64,000 nucleotides of DNA from Callorhinchus milii (Eukaryota), in the NCBI RefSeq assembly GCF_018977255.1, contig NW_024704742.1:117926001-117990000 (forward strand), written 5' to 3'. Positions 25,521 to 36,381 of this stretch are shown here, piece by piece. The translations under genes and the position numbers were made by a program. The stretch's first letter is position 1. Each line of letters opens with the position of its first letter. The notes under the pieces are model-generated. The model was not told where the DNA came from and searched no databases. It saw nothing but the letters and a program-made list of their open reading frames with translations.

Positions 25521-25779
25521 GAGTGGGTGGGAAGCGCTTAGAGAGAAAGGGGCGTCAGTCCGGGAAACATTTCTGCAAAGGTCGGCCTTCGGGGCAATGA
25601 CTGGGCAGCAATCGGACACGGACCGCAAATGTAGGGCGGCAGTCAATAACACACAGTCACACACACCCCTCCAACCCTGGCCTCGGGGTTTTTAAAAATA
25701 AATCATCATTTTCTTCGAGACTTTATTTAAAAACGTTGTCATGGTATCAGGACTTTGCGCTCACCCTGTAAACATCCAA

Positions 25780-26113
25780 CCTGGTACACACCAACCTGGG
25801 ATGATAATAGTAATAATAATAATAATGATAATAATAATAATCCTATAGAATCAGACCTGGTACACACCAAACTGGGCTGATAATAGTAATAATAATGATA
25901 ATAATAATAATAATCCCATAGAATCAGACCTGATACACACCAACCTGGGATGATAATAGTAATAATAATAATAATGATAATAATAATAATCCCATAGAAT
26001 CAAACCTGGTACACACCAACCTGGGATGATAATAGTAATAATAATGATAATAATAATAATAATAATAATAATCCCATAGAATCAAACCTGGTACACACCA
26101 ACCTGGGATGATG

Positions 26114-26163
<50 letters not shown>

Positions 26164-26274
26164 CCCATAGAATCAGACCTGGTACACACCAACCTGGGAT
26201 GATAATAATAATAGTAATAATAATAATAATACCATAGAATCAGACCTGGTACACACCAAACTGGGATGATGATG

Positions 26275-26309
<35 letters not shown>

Positions 26310-26353
26310 CCCATAGAATCAGACCTGGTACACACCAACCTGGGATGATGATG

Positions 26354-26403
<50 letters not shown>

Positions 26404-26447
26404 CCCATAGAATCAGACCTGGTACACACCAACCTGGGATGATGATG

Positions 26448-26514
<67 letters not shown>

Positions 26515-26543
26515 CCCATAGAATCAGACCTGGTACACACCAA
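25780..26543 (+). repeat. Composite minisatellite: constant core of about 40 bp plus variable (AAT)n, 10 copies, OTP intron 2
   Basis: cctggtacacaccaa (cctgat.. in copy 3) starts at 25780, 25856, 25929, 26005, 26087, 26178, 26245, 26324, 26418 and 26529. Core is atcccatagaatcagacctggtacacaccaacctgggatgat. Confidence 0.95.
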
Positions 26544-29500
26544 ATCTTATGACTCCCAACACAATCAGAAGTTTGGATAAATAATAACTCCTCCTGGAGT
26601 CCTGGTGCCCGAGGCTCCGGGTGAATTGTATCCCAATTTAGGCCATCCTCTTGCAAAAAGAAAGGTCCCAAGTCTTTGGGAAGGAAAGGGCAATCGCTTC
26701 TCTTAAAGAGAATTTCCCTCTTCCCGCCCGGTGGGGAACACTCAACTCCCGCACAAATAAGGGGTAAAATTTGGCCAAAATGTGGTCCAAAACAAAGAGA
26801 GAGTGATCGCCGGAAAGATCCCATCTGATTACATCTGGGAAAATAAGGGATTGTGTGTGTGTAAAAAAAAAGGCTTTACGTACACAATTAGTCTTTTTGG
26901 ACACTTCATGTAGATTAGATTAATTATTCTACACTAAAAATAAATAGTTCGGGGCAGAGAGCAAGTGATAGCATTGGTTTATCCCCAGAAAATTGGGATC
27001 TTAAGGATGTTTTTTATGTGTGTGTTTGACCCGATCTCAACGTTGTTCCCGAGTCCCTGTGTCGCTTATTCTTACTTTGCAAGTTTCCAAAGTTGCCCTT
27101 CGATTCACTATCGATTTCCTGGGAATTTGGTTTCTATCACTTCGACGCCAATAGACGTCGTAGTACGTGCCTTTGCAATCGATATTAAACAAATCCTGGT
27201 TTGCAAATGTTTTCAATCACAACGGACTGCCATTCGTAAACTCGTCGCCCCCCCCCCCCCCCCAAAAAAAAAGGAGCGAAAACATCTCAAGTGTCAGACA
27301 AGGCGTTGGTTTAAACCATTTCATGCTAAAGGGCGGAGAAGACGCGAAAGTTTTCTTGTTAATAATTCAGTGAGAGGGGGGGAAAGGTTTTGAGGCAATA
27401 AGAGTACTCAGAAGGGTTCAGCTCACCTGGGAAAATTAGGCGCAATATATAAATAAGAGCACTGCATTCACTGGGCATTATTGGTGCAATATTAGGGAAT
27501 TATTATGACAATAACGCTTAAAACACCAAATCGGTTTTACTTGTTATTTGTTCAAAAGGCACGATAAGATCATTGGATGCCAAACGGTTATACAGCTGTG
27601 CCGATGAAATGAGCCAAAGCGATGGTTCTCCCTGACACCGAAAATATGAATGATATGATCTGATAACAAAGCGCAATATGGACGAGCAAAATGAGCCGTA
27701 GAAATTATGGAAAGATTAATTAATGTTAATTTTGTATCAGTCAGGAGACGATTTGGATCATTTGGAAGCACAATAAGGTATGAAGAAAACGTGTACCGTC
27801 GTGGAAATGCAAACAGTTTTATAAAGAATGACCGACCAGGTTGCAACAACCCAAATCAAGCCTTAAGCTGGAAATTGCAACAACAATAAAAAAAATGACT
27901 GAGAAACATCAAATATTTATTGTTTCAAAAATATTTCAATGTCACAGACAGCTGCGGTAAGTGTGAAATAATCAAAGCAAACTGCGAAAAAATAAATCAA
28001 ATCGTGATAGTGAAGACGATTGTTTTGTGCTAATAACATACAATGAACTGAGCCAATGTTCTTCACTGGAAGCAGATATTCTATTTAGCAAAAATTAACC
28101 TGCTTTCTACGGGTAGGATAATTGCGGTTCAATCGATTTTTTTTTTTAGTTTTGTTTTCCAACATATGAGCTGATAAATGGGCCACTAGCAATTTTTAAC
28201 GGATGTTAAGTCGTTTTAGAAAATATCACATTTGGAGTGTTAAATTTTCCTGGCCACTGTAGGCTTTATGAAGACTTCATTGTAATATTTGCGATGATTA
28301 ATGCGAAGATTTTGTGTGAAATCTGGAGCTCTCGATGTGTTCAGAGCTCAGATTCATTCTGCCCAGCCAGCCGTGAAATCCCAGCGAAATTCATTACACT
28401 TTAATAGTGTTAGAGAAAATGCAATTTCTCATTCCATTAGAAAAGTAGAAAATACTTTCAACTTGTCGCCTATTAAGATGTGGCAGGTGACGGGGCATCG
28501 CATATCTAGAGTGCAAGGAGTCAGCTTATAGTGAGAATTAAAACACATAATTAGGGAGAAAAGATGAAATGGTAAGGTTCACTGAGCAACAGTTATTTCA
28601 CTGATATGGGTTTTATGTAAATAAAGTATTGGAAGCTAATTAATACATGCTGGAGCCTAATGATTATGCTGATCATATTGCATTTTATTGCACGCTTTGC
28701 ATTATTTTCACATAGTCATTTAATAAAGCATTTCAGACTACAGATAATTCAAAAACCCGGTGGTTAATAATGGTTTGCGTGAAATATTTTCCCACAATGA
28801 CTTAAGTGAAATAAATAAATCTCGGCATTCTTGCGCCGAAAATGTAAAAAGGTAACTTATTATTTTTAAGAAGCCCTTCTGGCGAACTATATATATCTGT
28901 CTAGTAATGATTTGAAAGGGTGAATGAGAAGATAGGAGAGAGACAGGGTGCGTTTTTTTTCTTTTGTTTAGCAGACTCCCAGAGAGAGAGAGGAAAAAGT
29001 GATTTATCTTCTAATTTGTTAGCTGTGTAAATGGAATAAGTTTTTTTTTTAAGCAACGTCTCCTTCAGTGGAAAATGACAGCAGTGCAGAGGAATCGGCG
29101 AGAAACGTTGAATACGACTACAAAACAATGGGGGATGTCATTAAATGTAAGAAAGGCGCTATTTGGGTAAATGCAAAATGTCTCTTTGCAAAAGCGCAAA
29201 CAGAGCATTCAGGACAAATTATTGGGATCGCCCTGCATTTAAGAAAATCGATCTTAGTAACGAGATCCAACGAAAATATTTTTAAAAGTAAACGAAAAAT
29301 CGTCCTTAACAATAATGTCATTTACCATAAATTCTGGGATATTTTAAAGTGTTAATTTCTGCAATATATACTTACGGTCCAACACACTTCCTGTCCGGTA
29401 AATTATAATTTGAGAATCATTTTATACAAAATGTTTGCTTAAAAGTACTGTGATTTCTACTGTCAACAGACAAGTCTCGAAAGAGCAACATTACAATGTA

Positions 29501-32079
29501 AAGTTAACAAAACGGCGAATATTAGAATTTTAAATCCTTAATTGAAAATGTGTTTAAAATTAAACCACAATTACACACACGTCGGTCCATCCATTATATG
29601 CGATGCACATTTTCAAACCCATTTTAATTTGAAACAGAGTCTTGTTATTCCTATTTAAAACTTTGGGGTTTGGGAATAGGAAACGCTATAAAACGGGGTA
29701 AAGGCGAAAACTTTAGTGTGTGTCACTTTGCTTATCTTATATTTGTTGATATATTTAACATGGATTCATTCCGGCATTTATTGGATACTGTAAACACAAA
29801 TCAGATAGAAACGGTCTGAAAAATAATCCCGTTATGTCTGCATTTAGTTATTTGTACACTGACCAATCTGAATTTGCCATTTATGTTAAAGAGTACAAAT
29901 TTCCGCCCTTCTCGGTTGTAAAATAATTAACGTGTACCACATGTAAACTGTAGCACGCCTTACAATGCACAGAAAATATTTCAGTCCTCGTTACAATAAG
30001 CATCGTAATAGTATTTTAATAATGTGACCTATGTTTACTGCATTTAAATGCGTTCCCTTTCTTTCGTTCAAGTCGCTAATTCTTTCCTTTGCTTCTGGCT
30101 GCTCGGTTCATGAATGGTTTGCAGATTTGCAAAGAGTTAACGCGACCCCTGTGAACGTGAAGGAACTGCGCGTTTTTTTTTTCTTGGCCGGTGTTGGGAT
30201 AAAGAACTTTAGGAATCAGATTCATTTATATTGCAACGATAGAAATGCAGTGTATTGGCCCCGACAGAGAATCCCCACCTGCTGTCACGTTTCTGAAAGC
30301 ATCTGCAATTTAATACTTTGATTCTTACTCTTCCCTCCCTGCTTTATCCTAGGGTGAGAATTGCTAGCATTTTAAATCAGTGCCCAGCAGTGGTGATGGC
30401 CGTGTCAGCAGTAATTACAGATAGCGGCTTCGGGTGATTTACTGATCAAACCTCTCGTCAGAACCCGGAAATCTCACAACACTGTCTGTAGGTCTCTTTT
30501 TTTTAAAAAAAAAAGTTGCCTCTGCAGCAGTCACTGTTTGCCTCCACCCAGAGGGCAGTTTTATTGCTCTGCGTTACTTTACCCGACCACAGAAGAACAG
30601 CAAAATGTGAATATATTTAATTCCCAAGTCCTGCAAGGAAAATTCCGGGCAGGTACCAACTGCTGAGCGAGTAGTCGAATGTCTTCAACGTTTCAATGTG
30701 CTGAATTGCAATGCACATTTTGAATCTTTCTGCATTTAATACCATAACGTAAAGTAATGCTCTGCTTATGACACTGCAATTTCTTTCTATACATAGGATA
30801 TATATGCATCTAAATATTATCGAAATGTGCCCACTTAATCCCATTAAATCCCCTCAAAGCGTATGAGGTTTTGCGACTGTAAAATCCAAATTCCCGCATA
30901 TATTTTGTTTGACGTTTGATGCTTTCTCTGTTCATTTTTTTTAATTCATTACATTAATCTGTACACTTAACATCGGCTAATTTTCGTTGTTGACTGTTTT
31001 ACTTCAATTGTATATTTAGATTCCACAGATGATAACTTTAAAAAAAACCTCGAAACTAAAACATTTGCAATCCGCTTTTATAGGGGTGAATTTTCAGGGG
31101 TTTAGAATAAAATGTTACGCAAACAGTTTTAGTCGATTTAAAAATACAGTGTATTTCAAAATCGCTTACACACACGTCGTGCATGCTTCGAAAGGGTTAA
31201 TTGTGTGCTTTAAATGCTAATTTGTTGAATTGCCCAATACGTTGTGGACTAACTTCACACATACACAGTGAGAACACATTCGCCGCAATATGTTACTGAG
31301 CTTTCAGTTTCTGATAGGATTTGTGAGCCTGGCTCTGGGGGGGGGAGTGGAGGAATATTTTTCTTCTGGACAGTCTAACACTGTGTGAGTACATGCACGG
31401 GCTGGTTTCTGTACCGAGTTTAAACAGACAGTCTTCATCCTGAACTGATCCTTTAGTTAGTTTGACTTTACTCGTTGCATCCTTTTCATCAGCAATGCAG
31501 CTTCTCAAACATTTAACCAGTTCGCCTGGCCCTTCGGCGATTTATTCTTATTCTAATATCTAAGAGGGGGGGTGGGAGTCAGATTTCTCTACGAAAGGGA
31601 AAGTAAAGGCGCTTTACAGATTCGTTCTCTTTCGTTGCGACAGACGATCACTCGAACGAATGAACCAAAGTGACACATCTTTGCATCAGAGCGCAAACAC
31701 ACAAACAACAGGGATGCGACAGCGTCTTAACAGCTGGACCTTTATTCCCATCTCTCCTGGATCCCCACAGCACAGCACAGCACAGCACTCACTCACCTCA
31801 GCACATAGTTTCTGAAGTCTGCTGACAATTATGCATTCGCGGGAGACGTGCACAGCAATGCCCCACTCTGGGTGGGTGGGTGGGTGGGTGGGTGGGAAAC
31901 AAGGTCACGTTTCGGGGCGCTCTTGCAGTGAAACGTTTAATGCCTTCTCCCCCAAGAGTTGATTCCGTTCCCGTTGCTGTTTGTCACTCGGTTGCACCCG
32001 CTTTTGATCAGAAAAGACCCGCTTCTGGGATATATATATATATTTTTTTTGCAGCGCCCGCGCCTCGCTCTGCTCTTAC

Positions 32080-32229
32080 CTGCACCCTGGACTCGGTCAG
32101 ACCGATCCTCAGAGCCAACTCTTCCCTCATGAAGATGTCCGGGTAGTGCGTCTTGGCGAAGCTGCGCTCCAGCTCGTTGAGCTGAGCCGGAGTGAACCGG
32201 GTCCGGTGTCGCTTCTGTTTCTGTTGGCT

Positions 32230-32261
<32 letters not shown>

Positions 32262-32468
32262 TGTCCGCGTCTTTGGCACCGGCCGACCCGCCGCCCGGGT
32301 TGGATCCGGCCGAGGTGATGCCTTCCCCGGAGAGGAGGGTGGCTCCTTCCACCGCGTCCGAGCCCGGAGCGCAATCGCCCGGGTGGCCCTGCTCGGAGCC
32401 CGCGGCCCCCAGTCGGCACTTCACCGCCTCCCGGTGTCCCAGCAAGTCCGCCGCCGCGTCTTTCATTC
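32080..32468 (-). CDS. OTP: OTP coding exon 2 (N-terminal region, polyQ, homeodomain helices 1-3 start)
   Basis: Acceptor tctctccCAG|GA ATG AAA completes the Gly codon from exon 1. It encodes [20 protein letters not shown]...[47 protein letters not shown] and ends CAG|GTAAGA. 389 nt, so exons 1+2 give 142 codons. Confidence 0.98.
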
Positions 32469-32471
32469 CTG

Positions 32472-32743
<272 letters not shown>

Positions 32744-33034
32744 AGGAAAAAAAACAGGAAAAATCAGGGAAATTGTCCACCACAAAACGACGAGAAAGAA
32801 AGCAACAGCAACAAAAAAAAAGACTTTGCGCAAAGAAAAGAAAACTTTGCACAACTTGATATCGGATCAGCTGCTCAGTTACCCGAACTGAACTGAGACA
32901 ACCAAAGTGCACTTTTTGTTAGGATTTCAAATCGAATTATTTGCGGTAATTTGAAATTAAAATGATTACTTTTAAAGGCAGAGCGTTGGCTGCTTTGGGG
33001 GCATCGTTACAGCGGGGATAACCGGGAGCCGGGG

Positions 33035-33560
33035 GTGAGGGAGAGAGAGTGAGAGAGTGAGTGAGAGTGAGAGGGAGAGAGTGAGGGAGAGAGTGAGAGA
33101 GTGAGTGAGAGAGTGGGTGAGAGAGTGAGAGAGAGTGAGTGAGAGAGTGTGAGAGGGAGAGTGAGAGAGAGAGGGAGAGAGAGAGAGTGAGGGTGAGAGG
33201 GAGAGAGAGTGAGGGAGAGAGAGAGTGGGAGAGTGAGTGAGAGTGAGAGAGTGAGAGAGAGAGAGTGAGGGTGAGAGAGGGAGTGAGAGAGAGAGTGAGA
33301 GAGTGAGTGGGAGAGTGAGAAAGTGAACGAGAGAGTGAGAGAGTGAGTGGGAGAGTAAGTGAGAGAGTGAGAGAGTGAGTGGGAGAGTGAGGGAGAGAGT
33401 GAGTGAGAGAGTGAGGGAGAGAGGGAGAGTGCGAAAGTGAGAGTGAGTGAGGGAGAGAGGGAGAGTGCGAAAGTGAGAGTGAGTGAGTGAGTAAATGAGT
33501 GAGAGAGTGAGAGAGAGAGAGTGAGTGAGAGAGAGAGAGTGACAGAGAGGGAGAGTGAGG
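33035..33560. repeat. Complex (GA/GAGT) purine-rich repeat in OTP intron 1
   Basis: Seen directly. It includes a duplicated gagggagagagggagagtgcgaaagtgagagtgagt unit. Further GA, GGGT and GGT repeats lie in the 5' UTR at about 33717-33822. Confidence 0.93.
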
Positions 33561-33635
33561 GGGGACGGCTGGATCAGCGCGTCGCTCGCTCGGTCGCTGC
33601 TGTCAACGAGAGCGGAGTTTGGCGTCAGCACTCAC

Positions 33636-33672
33636 CGAGGCGAGCGTCCAGGAGGTCGGCGTGCGAGAGCAT
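33636..33672 (-). CDS. OTP: OTP (orthopedia homeobox) coding exon 1
   Basis: Minus strand reads ttcacgATG CTC TCG CAC GCC GAC CTC CTG GAC GCT CGC CTC G|GTGAGT = MLSHADLLDARL(G), the vertebrate Otp N-terminus. It is 37 nt, phase 1, with a canonical donor and A at -3. Confidence 0.97.
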
Positions 33673-33712
33673 CGTGAAGCGCTCCAGCGCCAGGATCGCC
33701 CCCCCAAAAAAC

Positions 33713-33755
<43 letters not shown>

Positions 33756-33879
33756 GGAGAGAGAGGTGTGTGGGGGTGGGTTGGGTGGGTTGGGTGGGTT
33801 GGGTGGTGGTGGTGGTGGTGGTGTTTTTTTTTTAAAAAATACAAAAAACTACAAATTTCTGTTTGTTGTAAAAGGGGGT

Positions 33880-34230
33880 CTCCTGCATTATAATCTCCTT
33901 TAGAGGGACGGGGTGGTGCTTAACAGTTGAATGAGCCCATGAGCAGCTCCAAATCAGGGCCAATCAAAACCCAACGCTGCAAATGTCAGCGCAAAGTGAG
34001 ACACCATTACGCATGTCCTGAGGCTTCTCCCCAACCACTCACACGGCGCCAGGAACATTTACAATTCTATTTCTTTTTTTCTCTCTCTCTCTCTCTCTCT
34101 CTAAATCTGATTTATTAGCTTTCCACGTCAAATATTATGCCTTTAAATGACCTGTTCTAATTTGGATAATAGATACAAACCAAACATAATAAAGCCAATA
34201 TTACAGGAATTATATTTATCCAACTGTACC
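33880..34230 (-). promoter_or_regulatory. Putative OTP core/proximal promoter
   Basis: TATAAT on the minus strand at 33887-33892, about 215 nt upstream of the ATG, and a CCAAT box (gccaatca) at about 33959-33966. No ATG lies between these and the start codon. The TSS itself cannot be located from sequence. Confidence 0.5.
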
Positions 34231-36346
34231 TTATCTGCTCACTCATCCCCCCCCCCCCCCACCACCACCACCACCACTACCACCACCACCACCTTTTTTT
34301 AAAAAAAAACTTCTTAATGTATTTCATCAGTTATGATCGTGGAGGTAAATATTTGGTGTGATCACGATTTTATTGGATCTCGTGCAGACGTGCTTTTTGT
34401 AAGTCCGATCCGCTCAATAAAATGTTACTGAAACCATCTCAGAATGTTGCAGACACAAAAAAAGTGAAACGAAATGAGAAAAGGGATTCCTGCGAAACGT
34501 GACTGACTGATTCCTGTGCAAAAGCGTTGCTTCCACTTGATGTATTGTCGGGTTACGATATGCATCTGTTCCTGTTTACACTGCAATAATACTTCACAAG
34601 AACCCACAGTCGGTTCTCGCAGTTTTGTTTTGCAAACCGACATTTCACAATCATTGGAGCCACACAGCACATTTAGGAAACTTGCCTACGAGGCTCAACG
34701 CCAAAGCATACGTGGTGAAAGCAGGAAAAAAATATCAATTATATGATTTAACAACTTTATCGTCGCATGAATAGTTTGCCGAAACTGTAAAAAACAGGTG
34801 AAGTCATCCATGTCTAATATTCTGATTTTCGAAATCAGCGAACAACAAAGTTTCTGTTAGTAATATATTTCAAACCAGAGTCATTTTCAAGATCATTAGG
34901 CATTTATCTAATTAGTGCCAAATCTATAAGCTTTTATTACGATTATTAAAATAAAATCAGTATAAATGTGTACTAATTTACTCCTGGTTTAGACTTGGCT
35001 GTCAACCGAGAGATTGTGCTGTTGTGAATGATGCCAATGGAAACAGAGAGCAGAACATTGTACAGATCTGCCGTGTGTACCAACCAACCCACTCAAATGC
35101 CATATCTATTAAGGTGACTGTACCTCCTTCTTAGATATTCAACATTTTATGGGGAAATTCAAGGAAACAATACTTAAAATGGTTAATAAGGCACAATTGA
35201 GACTGATGTACTTCATTGATACAATTCATCTCGATTGTGATTGATTTTTTAAACAAAATTGATGTAATTAAGAGCATTTATTAAGTAGTAATAAAAGTAG
35301 CAAACGAGTGTTATATAAAGTCTTGGTTAATAATGAGGTACAATAGGCTAATTGTGCAGCAATTTATTGACTCCCACCAAACATTTGAAAAGCCTCAAAG
35401 CAGATGCAAGAATGAGGATTTAAAAAGCTCTTTATATGGAGGGGCAGACAAAGGAGGCAGTGAGGCACAGATTGTGTATTTTTGTTCTTTTCTTTAGACC
35501 TTGGCTACACTTATTCAATTCTGCCTTTAGATACGTCAGTCTACAGAATGAATGCGAGTGTCGATGAGATCCACAGCTCAGCCTTTTAGCCTTGATCCTG
35601 GCCAGAGAGACAAGCTTCCATCCCGAGGCTGCACACTGAATGTTGTACCTGTTCATTTCAGTCCATGGAGGGTGGATGCAGAACTCTTCATGTGTTATAA
35701 GGATCCATAAAAATACGATGCAAAAAAGAACAGCAACTGTGATCTGGGGGAAAAGGAGAACAATCTACCCTGCAAAACAAAACCATTTTGCATTGCAAGA
35801 AATCAGAAAAACAAAATGTCATGGACTTCATTTCTACAGAAGAGGACAGCTGCATCCATGGCGGAGGACTCAGGTGTTGGGCCGACCCTGACTGCATGTA
35901 TTTTTTTGTGCAATTTTAAATTGGGTTTCTTAAAACGTCGTCACTGTTTTCACGATATTTACATGGATTTTGAATGTCAGAAATTAAGGTTTTCCTTTAA
36001 TTTTGTAACCGCGTTTTAAATCGCACTCTTGCATTTGTCTTTCTGTTCACGCGGTTCAGTTCAAAGTGACATTGCACGTATGTATATTAAAACGCATCGA
36101 CTTATCGCTGAACGTTTTAAAGTGTGTGGCGTTATAGAGAGATCAGTGGTTTTATTATTCTCCCTTTACTGTAGTGCGGGGCTGGTAGTGGCAGCGGGTG
36201 ATTGATAAGGTGCTTGGTTTATGGTTTTTATATCGCTGTGGGTCTGATGGCGAAACAAACAAACCATTATTTGTAGAGGTTTGTGTGTGGGGCTACAACA
36301 TGATCTAATGGGAGAAGAAAACGTGTGTGTGTGTATATATATGTAC

Positions 36347-36381
<35 letters not shown>

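Noticed and set aside
24228..25664. 478-aa ORF and the other long ORFs overlapping OTP exons or GA repeats (24221-24979, 31937-32854, 32146-32596, 32972-33631)
   Set aside because: These are stop-poor frames produced by microsatellites and by GC-rich alternative or antisense frames of OTP exons.
25780..26543. CRISPR array
   Set aside because: The spacers are only (AAT)n, not unique sequences. There are no cas genes and the context is a vertebrate intron.
26240..26824. Poly-Tyr and poly-Leu ORFs
   Set aside because: They are translations of the (AAT)n minisatellite.
32008..32466. OTP starting at the exon 2 ATG (MKDAA) and reading through to 32008
   Set aside because: A conserved upstream exon (MLSHADLLDARL) splices in frame, and a canonical donor at 32079 joins exon 3.
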